Positions 1 through 9,814 of a DNA stretch of 64,000 nucleotides are shown piece after piece. Location: assembly GCA_965230925.1 (NCBI GenBank), contig OZ246403.1, positions 530,230-594,229 of the forward strand, read 5' to 3'. Source of the stretch: an uncultured Candidatus Saccharibacteria bacterium. GTDB taxonomy: Bacteria > Patescibacteriota > Minisyncoccia > Phycocordibacterales > JACOZG01. The translations under genes were made by a program, and so were the position numbers. Numbering within the stretch: the stretch's first letter is position 1; each line of letters starts with the position of its first letter. The notes below the pieces were generated by a model. The model made no database searches and was not told where the DNA came from. It saw only the letters and a program-made list of their open reading frames with translations.

Positions 1-1179
1 TCGGAGTTCGTGGAGATGTTTGTGGGCGTGGGAGCTTCGCGCGTGCGCGACCTTTTCAAGATGGCCAAGAAGACCGCCCCGGCGATTATTTTCATTGACG
101 AAATTGATGCGATCGGTCGCCATCGCGGTGGTGGTATGGGTGGCGGCAATGACGAGCGCGAGCAGACTTTAAACCAAATTCTCGTTGAGATGGACGGCTT
201 CGAGCCCAATGAGAAATTAATTGTGATGGCAGCGACCAACAGACCCGATGTGCTCGATGTCGCCTTGCTCCGTCCCGGCCGCTTCGATCGCCGCGTGGTG
301 CTGGATAAGCCAGATCTTAAGGATCGCGAAGAAATTCTCGGGATTTATGCGCGCAAGAAGCCGCTCCATGAAGATGTGAACTTGCGCGTCATTGCTCAGC
401 GCACACCTGGTTTCTCTGGTGCCGACCTTGCCAACGTGATGAACGAAGGCGCGATCTTGGCCGCGCGCGAGAATCGTAAACAGATTACGCAATATGATCT
501 CATTCGCTCGGTGGAGAAGGTGATTCTTGGGCCAGAGCGGAAGAGTCATATCTTGTCGGAGCGAGAGAAGAAAATTACGGCTTATCATGAGATGGGCCAC
601 GCCCTGATTGGCTCGGTCTTGCCGCACTCGGATCCGGTGCATAAAGTCTCGATTATTTCTCGCGGTCACGCGGCGGGCTACACGCTCAAGCTGCCGTTTG
701 AAGATCGCAAACTCGAGTCGAAGAAAGAATTCCTCGATGAAATTGCGGCGCTTCTCGGTGGTTACGCGGCGGAACAAATGGTCTTTGGCGATATTACTAC
801 CGGGGCCTCCAATGACTTGGCGGTCGCGACGTACACGGCGCGGAATATGGTGACCAAGTATGGCATGAGCGAGAAGCTTGGTCCGGTGGCCTTCGACACC
901 GGTGGCGAGCGCCATCTCATCAGCACCGGGCAATTGGTGGAGAAAGCGTCATCGGAGGCGGTGTCAGCGCTTATTGATCAAGAAATTTCTAAAATTCTTA
1001 ATGAAGGTCTGGCTCGTGCCAATCAGGTGCTCACCGAGAAGCGCGCCGTCCTCGACGCGATGTCGGAAGAATTAATCAAAGTTGAAACCCTCGACCACGA
1101 AGATTTCGACAAACTTCTCATTTTGAACGGGATTAAGCCGAAGAAGGAGGAAGAGAAAGAAACAGAAGCAGTTGCTTAA
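1..1179 (+). CDS. ftsH: ATP-dependent zinc metalloprotease FtsH (5'-partial)
   Basis: [17 protein letters not shown] pore motif, Walker [27 protein letters not shown] zinc motif, TGASNDL. Confidence 0.98.
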   Translation, partial: SEFVEMFVGVGASRVRDLFKMAKKTAPAIIFIDEIDAIGRHRGGGMGGGNDEREQTLNQILVEMDGFEPNEKLIVMAATNRPDVLDVALLRPGRFDRRVVLDKPDLKDREEILGIYARKKPLHEDVNLRVIAQRTPGFSGADLANVMNEGAILAARENRKQITQYDLIRSVEKVILGPERKSHILSEREKKITAYHEMGHALIGSVLPHSDPVHKVSIISRGHAAGYTLKLPFEDRKLESKKEFLDEIAALLGGYAAEQMVFGDITTGASNDLAVATYTARNMVTKYGMSEKLGPVAFDTGGERHLISTGQLVEKASSEAVSALIDQEISKILNEGLARANQVLTEKRAVLDAMSEELIKVETLDHEDFDKLLILNGIKPKKEEEKETEAVA

Positions 1180-1194
1180 TATATAAAAACAAAA

Positions 1195-1226
1195 TTCCCA
1201 CCAGAGGCCGCGAGGCGTGGTGGGAA
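1195..1226. terminator. Hairpin between convergent ftsH and peroxiredoxin genes
   Basis: TTCCCACCA...TGGTGGGAA inverted repeat in the convergent intergenic gap. Confidence 0.45.
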
Positions 1227-1250
1227 CGAAGATTGCTTTGCTGTTGTCCT

Positions 1251-1760
1251 TCACGAATCGTAAATCTCGATAGCTTGTTCGAGGACGGCATGGGGATTGG
1301 CAGCCGCATCAGTAATATTGTCGACAACGTCGATGATTGTGCCATCGAGTATGAGAAGAGTGACCCGCCGGTAGTAAAACCTTCCCTCACAATCGAAGAC
1401 TTCGAGCCCAAGGATTTGTCGGAGCAGGAGGTCCTTGTCTGACAAAAAGTGATACCGGATGGTTCTACTGACCTGGAATCTCTCCAGGGTGGTGAGGTCT
1501 CTCGAACTCACGCCGAAAAGTTGGATTCCTTTTCGACGAAAGTCCTCAGCGAGATCGCTGAAACAAAGGCATTCTCCCACACACCCCACAGCACCGGGTA
1601 TGTCATACCATCCTTGAGGAACCGTATCTCCCGGAGGTATGGCGCCAGGATGAACCTGAAGAATCATTCTTCCGGGAATTTGTTCAATCGGAACTCTAGT
1701 TCCGTCGGTACAGACAAACGACACTCTCGGTAAAACCCGACCAATTAGTGCGTGCGGCAT
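1251..1760 (-). CDS. Peroxiredoxin-like (AhpC/TSA/BCP-type redoxin)
   Basis: GWYDIPGAVGCVGEC resembles the GWxxIPGARGCTxxxC peroxiredoxin motif; FGVSS, LSD and RRVTL motifs. Confidence 0.8.
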   Translation of the reverse strand: MPHALIGRVLPRVSFVCTDGTRVPIEQIPGRMILQVHPGAIPPGDTVPQGWYDIPGAVGCVGECLCFSDLAEDFRRKGIQLFGVSSRDLTTLERFQVSRTIRYHFLSDKDLLLRQILGLEVFDCEGRFYYRRVTLLILDGTIIDVVDNITDAAANPHAVLEQAIEIYDS

Positions 1761-1942
1761 GAGTAGCCCCTCTCAATGTTCTATATTACCCCGCGATGCT
1801 CTCGCGGTGTGAGGCCACAAGCAATGCCCGTGACATTTCTAAACTAGATCACATAAAGTTTTTTGTCAAATTACTTTGAAAACAGTAGCTTTTTTATCTA
1901 AATCGGCTATGATTGGGCCATTATTAGGCTAAAGCCAAAGGG

Positions 1943-3067
1943 ATGAAAAAAATTATTTGGATTATCGTTATTGTTGTCATCGTCGGACTTCTCGTTTGGT
2001 CCCGGCGGGGGGGCGAAACAGATAAGCCGGCAAATAGTATTGAACCGGTTAAGCTCGGGGTAATTATTTCTCAAACTGGGGTGGCCTCAGCTTTTGGTGA
2101 GATGTCGAAGTTTGGGATTGAAATGGCGGTAAAGGAGATTAATGAGGCGAGCGGAATGGCTACTCCGATGGTAGAAGTGGTCTATGAAGATGATCGGACG
2201 GATCCAAAAGCTGCTACCGGTCTCTACCAGAAACTAACGAGCATCGATAAGGTTGATGCGATTATTGGCAGCAACTTCGATTTCGTAACGCAACCCATTT
2301 TCGCTTTGGCTGAAACCACGGGTACGGTGGTGATCTCTCCTTCCTCCCCACGAATTCCTGGTGCCTTCGAGACCAATGCTAATAGTTTCGTGATGATGAG
2401 TGACTTCTCAAAAATTATTTCTGAACTCAAGCCGTATCTCACCGGCAAGTCATATAAGCAACTTGGTATTATTCACTTCGCTTCTGCCTTCGGTGCCGAG
2501 ATCACCAAGACGCTCAAAGAAATTAATGGGGGTTTGAACAAGCCAGAAGTGGTAGAAGAAACATACAATCAGATTGGAGGTAACGATTTCCGCACGGCAA
2601 TTCTGAAGCTTAAGACCGCTGGTGTGGATGTTTTGTTCCTCGATATGGCTGGTCCTGATCCCCTCACCTTTGTTCGTCAGGCCAAGCAACTTGGTTATGC
2701 GCCAACTTTGATTGCCGACACGGCAGTTAAGGATTCCCTCGCTGCCGCGGGGGCCGATCAATCGCTCTTTAATGGAGTGGTAGTGCTCAATTGGGATGTG
2801 ACGACAGATACCTTCGCCGCCAAGTTCCGTGCCCTCCACGGTCGCGACCCGGGTAACTCGGTGAATCGCGCTTATGACGCGGTGTATATTCTCGTTAATG
2901 CCGTATTGGCGACCGAGACTTCTCAAGAAATCCCTGCCTTCCTAGAGAAAACTCAATTTAATACGCCCAATGGCGACTTCCGCTTTAGCCCTGAGCACGC
3001 GGCGCTCAATACGCCTGTGGCAATCGAAGTTATTCAAGACGGTAAGTTTACGCCATTAGCAAATTAA
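1943..3067 (+). CDS. Liv-type (type I fold) ABC substrate-binding protein #1, N-terminal membrane anchor
   Basis: TM MKKIIWII; VKLGVIISQTG, YEDD, DFRTAILKLK, AYDAV motifs. Confidence 0.92.
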   Translation: MKKIIWIIVIVVIVGLLVWSRRGGETDKPANSIEPVKLGVIISQTGVASAFGEMSKFGIEMAVKEINEASGMATPMVEVVYEDDRTDPKAATGLYQKLTSIDKVDAIIGSNFDFVTQPIFALAETTGTVVISPSSPRIPGAFETNANSFVMMSDFSKIISELKPYLTGKSYKQLGIIHFASAFGAEITKTLKEINGGLNKPEVVEETYNQIGGNDFRTAILKLKTAGVDVLFLDMAGPDPLTFVRQAKQLGYAPTLIADTAVKDSLAAAGADQSLFNGVVVLNWDVTTDTFAAKFRALHGRDPGNSVNRAYDAVYILVNAVLATETSQEIPAFLEKTQFNTPNGDFRFSPEHAALNTPVAIEVIQDGKFTPLAN

Positions 3068-3071
3068 TAAT

Positions 3072-4181
3072 ATGAAAAAAATTATTTGGGTTATTGTTAT
3101 CGTTGTCATCATCGGGCTTTTTGTTTGGTCTGGAAGGAAGAAGGAGGGAACGACGCCAACGGGAACTGCTGAACCCTTGAAGATTGGCGCCATCTTGCCG
3201 CTCACTGGTCCGATTGCGAATGGGGGTGAGTTTGCGCGCCATGGCGCTGAACTCGCGCTTGAAGACGTGAATAAAGATGGAGAAAAAGTCCAGGTATTTT
3301 TTGAAGATTATCAATACGACGCGAAGCAGGCGGTGGGGACCTACAACAAGTTGCGTGACACTGACGGGGTGAATGCTATTTTCGCCTTTGGTACGCCAGC
3401 GGGAATGCCGCTTTCTCCGGTGGCCAATCAGGCAAAGGTTCCGCTCCTCACCATTCTCGCCGGCACGAGTTACTCTACGCCAAACGATTATACGTACCGA
3501 GTAGTGGGAAGTGGTAAGACGGATGCGAAAGCCGCGGTGGATGTTCTCGTAGATAAATTAGGGAAAAAGAAAATTGCCGTGGTGTCTCTCAACAATGACT
3601 ACGGTTCAGGCACCTTAGAAGAATTTAAGAAGCTTATTGTGGGGAAGGCTGAAGTGGTTGCGGCCGAGAGTGCGGCACCTGGCGTGACCGATTACCGCAC
3701 CCAATTAACTAAGGTGAAGGCGGCGAATCCTGATGCGATCTTCTTACCCACGCTTTATAAAGAAGGTGGGACAATTATCAAACAAGCGAAGGAAATGGGG
3801 ATTAACGCCACCTTCATGTGTGGTCAGCCCTGCGAGAATCCAGAATTTCTCGCTGCGGCAGGAGCGGCGGCGGAAGGGGCTTTTGTTATGACGCCGACGA
3901 ATCAAGATACGTATGGCTTCGGTACCCGCTACCAGGAGCGATATGGTATACCACCGAGCTATATTGCCTTGCGGAGTTACGATGCGATTAAGATGTTGGC
4001 CGCGGCGGCCGAAGGGTGCCGGGAGGGAAATTACGCGGGCGAGTGTTTGAAAATGAAGCTAGATAGCTTACGTAATTTCCCTGGCCTTTCATTCCCCATT
4101 ACCTTTGACGAGAATGGTGACATTACCGACATGTTCTCGATTAAGGTTGTTCGCGATGGAAAGTTCGTTCCTTATGAATAA
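3072..4181 (+). CDS. Liv-type ABC substrate-binding protein #2
   Basis: TM anchor; LKIGAILPLTG, NNDYG, DYRTQLTKVK, SYDA, ITFDENGD. Confidence 0.93.
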   Translation: MKKIIWVIVIVVIIGLFVWSGRKKEGTTPTGTAEPLKIGAILPLTGPIANGGEFARHGAELALEDVNKDGEKVQVFFEDYQYDAKQAVGTYNKLRDTDGVNAIFAFGTPAGMPLSPVANQAKVPLLTILAGTSYSTPNDYTYRVVGSGKTDAKAAVDVLVDKLGKKKIAVVSLNNDYGSGTLEEFKKLIVGKAEVVAAESAAPGVTDYRTQLTKVKAANPDAIFLPTLYKEGGTIIKQAKEMGINATFMCGQPCENPEFLAAAGAAAEGAFVMTPTNQDTYGFGTRYQERYGIPPSYIALRSYDAIKMLAAAAEGCREGNYAGECLKMKLDSLRNFPGLSFPITFDENGDITDMFSIKVVRDGKFVPYE

Positions 4182-4206
4182 ATTAAAAGTTAATTATAAT
4201 TAAAAT

Positions 4207-5349
4207 ATGAAAAAGATAATTTGGATCATCGTTATTGTGGTAGTGATTGGTTTGCTTGTCTGGGCTGGGAAGGGAACCGATACCACCATGCCCCCGACTG
4301 GTTCCACCGAGCCGATTAAGATTGGCCTCGTTACACCGCTCACCGGTGATGCGGCTGCTTTGGGAGAGTTTATGAAAAATGTTACTGATCTCGCGGTAGC
4401 AGAAATAAATGAAGCTGGTGGGGTGAATGGTCAGATGATGGAAATTATCTACGAAGACGGTAAGTGTTCAGGAGCGCCGTCGGTAAGTGCTACCCAGAAA
4501 CTGCTCTCTAGCGATCAGGTAAAAATTATTATGGGTGCTGAGTGTAGTGGAGGAGTGTTGGCTATGTTGCCGGTGACTGATCAGGCAGGAGTTTTCGTTT
4601 TCTCGAGCAGTGCCACGAGCCCAGACTTGTCTGACAAGAGCCCGCTCTTTGCGAGAACTATCCCAAGCGATGCGAGCCAGGGACGAGTTTTGGCCGAGGC
4701 GGCTATTACCCGAGGGTGGAAGAAGGTTTTTGTGATTCAAGAATCTTCAGATTATGCTCTTGGTATCTTCCGAGCTTTTGAATCAAATTATCCCGCTACT
4801 GCCGGTACGATTACGAAAGAAGAATATCCAGCTAATACGACAGATTTCCGCTCCATTCTTGCTAAGGCTAAGACTGCTCAGCCAGATGCTATGCTCTTTA
4901 TCCCCCAATCGCCAGGAACGGCAGAGCGCCTGATTAAAAACTTCAGTGACCTGAAGTGGAACGTGCCGGTAATGGCCGACGACGTTATTGGTGGTAACCC
5001 TCCGCTCTTGTCTAACTTTAAGGATTCAGTAGAAGGAATGTTGGTAGCAGAGCAAGCCCTCGACCAGACGAATACCAAGTTTCAAACTTTAGACAGTAAT
5101 TACAAGACAAAATACAACAAAGAATTGGTTTACAAGACCTACGGTCAAGCTCAATACGATTTGGTCTACTTGGTTAAAGAGGGTCTCATGAAGTTCGGGA
5201 ATGATCCGATGAAGATTGCCGCTTGGGTGAGAACGGTGGCTGATTGGGAAGGTGCTTCGGGTAAAGTCACGATCGGCATGAATGGCGACCGGATTGGTGG
5301 CCATGTGGTAAGAGTGGTTGCTGGCGGTGTGGTGACAGACGTGAAATAA
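4207..5349 (+). CDS. Liv-type ABC substrate-binding protein #3
   Basis: TM anchor; IKIGLVTPLTG, YEDGKC..GAECSG Cys pair as in LivJ/K, SATSPDLS, RTIPSD. Confidence 0.94.
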   Translation: MKKIIWIIVIVVVIGLLVWAGKGTDTTMPPTGSTEPIKIGLVTPLTGDAAALGEFMKNVTDLAVAEINEAGGVNGQMMEIIYEDGKCSGAPSVSATQKLLSSDQVKIIMGAECSGGVLAMLPVTDQAGVFVFSSSATSPDLSDKSPLFARTIPSDASQGRVLAEAAITRGWKKVFVIQESSDYALGIFRAFESNYPATAGTITKEEYPANTTDFRSILAKAKTAQPDAMLFIPQSPGTAERLIKNFSDLKWNVPVMADDVIGGNPPLLSNFKDSVEGMLVAEQALDQTNTKFQTLDSNYKTKYNKELVYKTYGQAQYDLVYLVKEGLMKFGNDPMKIAAWVRTVADWEGASGKVTIGMNGDRIGGHVVRVVAGGVVTDVK

Positions 5350-6216
5350 GTGGACATCCTTCCTCAACTTATACTCAATAGTTTGATTGCGGGGGCGATC
5401 TATAGTTTGGTCGCGCTCGGATTCAACCTCATCTATAGTACGGTCAAATTTTTCGACCTCGGTTACGGCGCGCTCACGGCGGTGGGCGGGTATGCTACGT
5501 TCTTTCTCTTCAAGATGAACGGCTTTAATCTTTATCTCGCGGTCATCGCGGGGATGATTGTCGCTGGCTTCATCAGCTTCCTCGCCGATCGCTTGGTGTA
5601 TCGGCAGTTGCGCGCCCGCAAGGCTTCCGGCATGGTCTTCCTCGTCGCGGCGCTTGGGATTTTCACTTTGCTCCAAGCGCTCATTGCGATTTTCTTCACC
5701 AGCCAATTCCAGACGCTCTTCCCGGCGAGCGCGAGTTCTCAGGTCTACGACATTGGTGGTGCCGTGATTACCCACGTGCAACTGGTGATTCTCATCACCG
5801 GTCTCGTGCTCATGACCTTGCTCGGAATTCTCTTAAAGAAAACTTTGTTTGGTAAAGCGATTAAAGCGGTGGCTGATGATGAAGAGGTGGCGAAGATTGT
5901 GGGCATTAATACCAATACGATTATCAGCGCCGTGTTCTTCATCGGCGGCGCGATTGGTGGCCTCGCGGGGATTCTCGTTGGCTTCGATACCGGGATTGAG
6001 CCGACCATGGGCCTCTCGCTTCTCCTCAAGGGTGTGATTGCCTCGATTATCGGCGGGATCGGCAATATTTACGGCGGTGTCCTCGGGGCTTTCCTCCTCG
6101 GTGTGGTCGAGAACTTCGGTATCTGGAAAATTTCTGGCGAGTGGAAAGATGCGATCGCCTTCGCCCTGCTCATCGTGTTTTTGCTTTTTAGACCTAGTGG
6201 TTTATTGAGACGATGA
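5350..6216 (+). CDS. livH: Branched-chain amino acid ABC permease LivH
   Basis: GTG start; IYSLVALGFNLIY, FGKAIKAVADD, IIGGIGNIYG, FRPSGL. Confidence 0.93.
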   Translation: MDILPQLILNSLIAGAIYSLVALGFNLIYSTVKFFDLGYGALTAVGGYATFFLFKMNGFNLYLAVIAGMIVAGFISFLADRLVYRQLRARKASGMVFLVAALGIFTLLQALIAIFFTSQFQTLFPASASSQVYDIGGAVITHVQLVILITGLVLMTLLGILLKKTLFGKAIKAVADDEEVAKIVGINTNTIISAVFFIGGAIGGLAGILVGFDTGIEPTMGLSLLLKGVIASIIGGIGNIYGGVLGAFLLGVVENFGIWKISGEWKDAIAFALLIVFLLFRPSGLLRR

Positions 6217-6225
6217 GCAGGGCGA

Positions 6226-6698
6226 GAAATCCGAAGCCCGAATATCGAAACTCGAAACAATATGCCAAGCACCGAAAATCAAAATTCAAAACGGTATGAC
6301 CTTGAAGAACGGACAAAGGCTTTCGCCAGACGCGTGAGGGACTTCGTGAAAGGTTTGCCGAGAACTACAGCCGTGTTTGAAGACAGTAAACAGGTGGTGC
6401 GGTCCTCGGGCTCGGTTGGGGCGAATTATATTGAGGCTAATGAGGCATTAAGTAAAAAAGATTTTCTAATGCGGATTAAAATTTGTCGTAAGGAAGCGAA
6501 AGAAACCGCTTTCTGGTTAGACTTACTAGAAGCGGGCGACAAGCTTGGTGACAGTGAGCGACGCAATTTGATCCAGGAAGCCAAAGAGCTTATGATGATC
6601 TTTGGGGCGATTTTAAAGAAGAGCGAATGATGTTTATGATTTCCTTGTTTATAAATTTGAATTTGTTTCGGATTTCGAAATTCGAATTTCGTGCTTTT
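6226..6698. mobile_element. Four-helix-bundle gene cassette bounded by inverted arrays of ~7-nt repeats
   Basis: Left GAAATCCGAAGCCCGAATATCGAAACTCGAAACAA; right TTGTTTCGGATTTCGAAATTCGAATTTCGTGCTT (inverted); sits between livH and livM, which are normally adjacent. Confidence 0.7.
6262..6630 (+). CDS. Four helix bundle protein (23S rRNA-IVP/Avd-like family)
   Basis: YDLEERT, QVVRSSGSVGANYIEANEALSKKDF, ICRKEAKETAFWL signature. Confidence 0.92.
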   Translation: MPSTENQNSKRYDLEERTKAFARRVRDFVKGLPRTTAVFEDSKQVVRSSGSVGANYIEANEALSKKDFLMRIKICRKEAKETAFWLDLLEAGDKLGDSERRNLIQEAKELMMIFGAILKKSE

Positions 6699-6703
6699 AA
6701 CTT

Positions 6704-7570
6704 ATGGAATACTTAATTCACCTCGCAATTCTTGTTGGCATCTACTCGATTCTCGGGATTAGTCTCAACTTGGTGGTTGGATTCACTGGCTTATTGAGCA
6801 TCACCCAAGCGGCCTTCTATGGTCTCGGTGCCTACGCCACGGCGATCTTGCTCACGAGCTTCGGGCTTAACTTCTTTCTTGCCACCATCATCGGCATTGC
6901 GCTCACCGCAGTCATAAGCCTTTTGGTTGGTCTTGTTTTGAGTCGCTTCCGCGGCGATTACTATGCGCTCGGTTCCTTCGGTTTCAACATTATTCTCTAC
7001 AGCATCTTTCTCAATTGGCAGTCGCTGACCCGCGGCCCGCTTGGCATCCCAGGCATCGGCCGGCCGAGTTTGTTTGGTTTCTCTTTTTCTTCCAATCTGT
7101 CTTTTCTCATTTTAACTTTCATCTTTGCTCTTTTGACTTTCCTTTTCTCCCGGTGGCTCACCACGTCTTCCTTCGGCCGCGTCCTCAAAGCCATTCGCGA
7201 AGATGAACCGGCGCTTCAAGTCTTTGGCTATCGTACCATTTACTTCAAGCTCGCGATTTTTGTAATTTCTTCCGGCGTGGCGGCGCTTGCGGGATCACTC
7301 TTCGCTTCCTACATTACCTTCATCGACCCGTCGAGCTTCGTTCTCTTCGAATCCATTTTTATCCTCGCCATTATAATCTTGGGTGGCCTCGCCAACCTCA
7401 AGGGCTCCGTCTTGGGCGCACTTTTTCTCATCCTCTTGCCTGAGGCCTTGCGCTTCGTCGGCTTCCCCTCCGACATCGCCGCCCAGATGCGCCAAGTGGT
7501 GTACGGCTTGATTCTCGTTCTCCTCATGCTCTACCGCCCGCAGGGATTGGTTGGAGAATATAAATTGTGA
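6704..7570 (+). CDS. livM: Branched-chain amino acid ABC permease LivM
   Basis: SLNLVVGFTGLLS..AAFYGLGAY, GDYYAL, LTRGPLG, FGRVLKAIREDE, YRPQGL. Confidence 0.93.
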   Translation: MEYLIHLAILVGIYSILGISLNLVVGFTGLLSITQAAFYGLGAYATAILLTSFGLNFFLATIIGIALTAVISLLVGLVLSRFRGDYYALGSFGFNIILYSIFLNWQSLTRGPLGIPGIGRPSLFGFSFSSNLSFLILTFIFALLTFLFSRWLTTSSFGRVLKAIREDEPALQVFGYRTIYFKLAIFVISSGVAALAGSLFASYITFIDPSSFVLFESIFILAIIILGGLANLKGSVLGALFLILLPEALRFVGFPSDIAAQMRQVVYGLILVLLMLYRPQGLVGEYKL

Positions 7571-7582
7571 TAAGGTAAAAAT

Positions 7583-8707
7583 ATGAAGAAACTCGTTTGG
7601 CTTATCGTTATCGTAGTAGTAATTGGTCTCATTGCTTGGGCGAGTACCAAATCCGAACCATCGATTACGGGCGAGACAATTAAGATCGGAGCCGTGTTGC
7701 CGATGACCGGAGCTGGGGCGGCGTATGGCGAGGATCAGAAGAGGGCAATTTCTTTGGCTGTAGAGGAGATCAATGCTGCTGACGGAATTGGTGGCCGGTT
7801 ACTTGAGGTAATTTACGAAGATGACCAAACTGATCCGAAGTTCTCGGTGTCAGCGGCACAAAAGTTGATTAATGTTGATGGGGTCAAAGTAATCATTGGT
7901 GGTGTCTGGGATCATTTGGCAAATGCTATTGCCCCAGTTATTGATCAAGAGAAAATTGTTTTGATCAGTCCATCAGTAAATGCGGACACGGTTGGTATCT
8001 CAAGCCCGTACTTTTTCATGACCTATCCGCCAGTGGCGAGTACTCGTCCGGCATTCGAAAAATTTTTAGCAAAATTTCCAAATGCCAAGGTGGTGACTAT
8101 GACTTGGAACAATAACTGGGGTCTCGGTAATGCGAAAGTTTTTAAAGAAGCGGTGGCGAAAACGGGTGGGCAGGTGGTGAAGGAAATCGTTTTGACGAAG
8201 CCAGATGGGAATGATATCCAACGCGAACTTACCTTACTCGCTCCACTGAATCCGGACATTATCTTCACGGTAATGAATTTCAGCGACACGGCTGTGTTTG
8301 CCCGAAAGAAGAGCGAATTGGGAATCAAGGCCACAGCCCTCAATCACTATAATCTAGCAACGGCATATCTCAACGGCCAAATTCCTAATGAATTTATGGA
8401 AGGGTTGTATGTATTTAAAAATTCTCCCTCGAGCACTGAGTTTGTCGAGAAATATAAGAACCGCTATCAGATGGAACTCCAAATTCCTGATGCCGACTCG
8501 GCCTACGACGCTGTTCAAGTAATTAAACTTGCGCTCGAGAATAATGAGGGTGATTACAGCGCCGAAACCTTAATGTCAGGAATTCATGCGATTAAGAATT
8601 ATCAAGGCGCTTCAGGTTTGATCGACTTCAGCCAAACCAATTACACCGAGAACAAAAAACCAGTGCTTGAATTATTCCAAGGTGGTAAATTTGTGGAAAT
8701 AAAATGA
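7583..8707 (+). CDS. Liv-type ABC substrate-binding protein #4
   Basis: TM anchor; IKIGAVLPMTG, YEDDQTDP, AYDAV, GASGLIDF. Confidence 0.92.
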   Translation: MKKLVWLIVIVVVIGLIAWASTKSEPSITGETIKIGAVLPMTGAGAAYGEDQKRAISLAVEEINAADGIGGRLLEVIYEDDQTDPKFSVSAAQKLINVDGVKVIIGGVWDHLANAIAPVIDQEKIVLISPSVNADTVGISSPYFFMTYPPVASTRPAFEKFLAKFPNAKVVTMTWNNNWGLGNAKVFKEAVAKTGGQVVKEIVLTKPDGNDIQRELTLLAPLNPDIIFTVMNFSDTAVFARKKSELGIKATALNHYNLATAYLNGQIPNEFMEGLYVFKNSPSSTEFVEKYKNRYQMELQIPDADSAYDAVQVIKLALENNEGDYSAETLMSGIHAIKNYQGASGLIDFSQTNYTENKKPVLELFQGGKFVEIK

Positions 8708-9801
8708 AGAAATTTATCTGGATCATCGTCATTCTCGTTGTGCTCGTTTTACTTTTCTTAACCAATGTAAAACCTCAATCACCGACTTCTGATGGGCCAA
8801 TTAAAATCGGAGCAATTCTCCCTTTGTCGGGAGATTTTGGATCAATTGGGGAGGAGATTAGACGAGGAGCGGAACTGGCGGTTGAGGAACTTGGTAAACA
8901 GGGGAAAGAAATTATTTTAATCAGCGAAGATGACCAGTTTTTGCCAGTGAGAGCAGCTTCGGCAGCCAACAAATTAGCGGTGATTGATAAAGTGGACGCA
9001 GTGTTTACCGCCGTTGGCGAAGAGGCGCGGCCAGTTACCAAAATATTTAATGACAACAAAGTTCCTCTGCTGGTGGCCTTTGATAGTAATGAAGAACTGA
9101 AAAAGTCTGGTGACTACATTTTTAGTATCGGTTTCGGGACAGAAGCAAATGGAGAAAAGTTGGCTACCTATACTTATAACACGTTGGGTCTAAAGAAGAT
9201 CGCTGTTTTGAGTCATGTGGATAATGTGGCAGATATTTTATCCGAGGCGTTCAAAAACAAATTCACTCAACTGGGAGGGACAATCAGTTCTCACGATCGT
9301 ATTCAGACCACCGAAGACAATTTCCGTACCTATATTGTGAAGGTGAAAGCAGATCAACCCGATGGAGTGTATTTTGTGTTCCTTCCTCCCAGTAATGAAA
9401 TATTTCTGAAACAAACCGGTCAGCTTGGGCTAAAGACCACCCTCTTGGGCAGTGATGCCATCCAAAAGTTTGAGATTGAGAATGCTGGTCCAGCGGCAGA
9501 AGGCCTTATCTTTACAGGCTTTTATGTTGAGGATGAGGAAGGAATTACTCAGTTATACAAGAACAAGTTTGGTAAAGAGCCAGACAATCCGGCCTTTGTG
9601 GCTTCCGGCTACGATTCAATTATTACTCTGGCCGCTGGGAAAACTATTGCCAATGAAGAAAAGATTACGTTGCGAGAGGCGTTGATGCGCGTTAGCACCA
9701 ATGAGACCACCTTCCCAGTAAACATGAACGGCACCCAATTTTCTGAAAGGCTAGAAAAGATTTATAAAGTTACTAACGGCGAATCCCAAGTGATCGAATA
9801 G
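8704..9801 (+). CDS. Liv-type ABC substrate-binding protein #5
   Basis: ATGA overlap with #4; TM anchor; IKIGAILPLSG, EDD, NFRTYIVKVK, GYDS. Confidence 0.92.
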   Translation: MKKFIWIIVILVVLVLLFLTNVKPQSPTSDGPIKIGAILPLSGDFGSIGEEIRRGAELAVEELGKQGKEIILISEDDQFLPVRAASAANKLAVIDKVDAVFTAVGEEARPVTKIFNDNKVPLLVAFDSNEELKKSGDYIFSIGFGTEANGEKLATYTYNTLGLKKIAVLSHVDNVADILSEAFKNKFTQLGGTISSHDRIQTTEDNFRTYIVKVKADQPDGVYFVFLPPSNEIFLKQTGQLGLKTTLLGSDAIQKFEIENAGPAAEGLIFTGFYVEDEEGITQLYKNKFGKEPDNPAFVASGYDSIITLAAGKTIANEEKITLREALMRVSTNETTFPVNMNGTQFSERLEKIYKVTNGESQVIE

Positions 9802-9814
9802 AGTTATAAAAAGT

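Noticed and set aside
217-933. Long antisense ORFs (217-933, 5089-5781, 10754-11515, 17769-18776, 28331-29077, 54224-54859)
   Set aside because: Shadow frames of well-supported genes, with no motifs of their own
6262-6630. Diversity-generating retroelement (Avd-like protein next to many variable SBPs)
   Set aside because: No reverse transcriptase in the window, and I saw no TR/VR pair differing only at adenines
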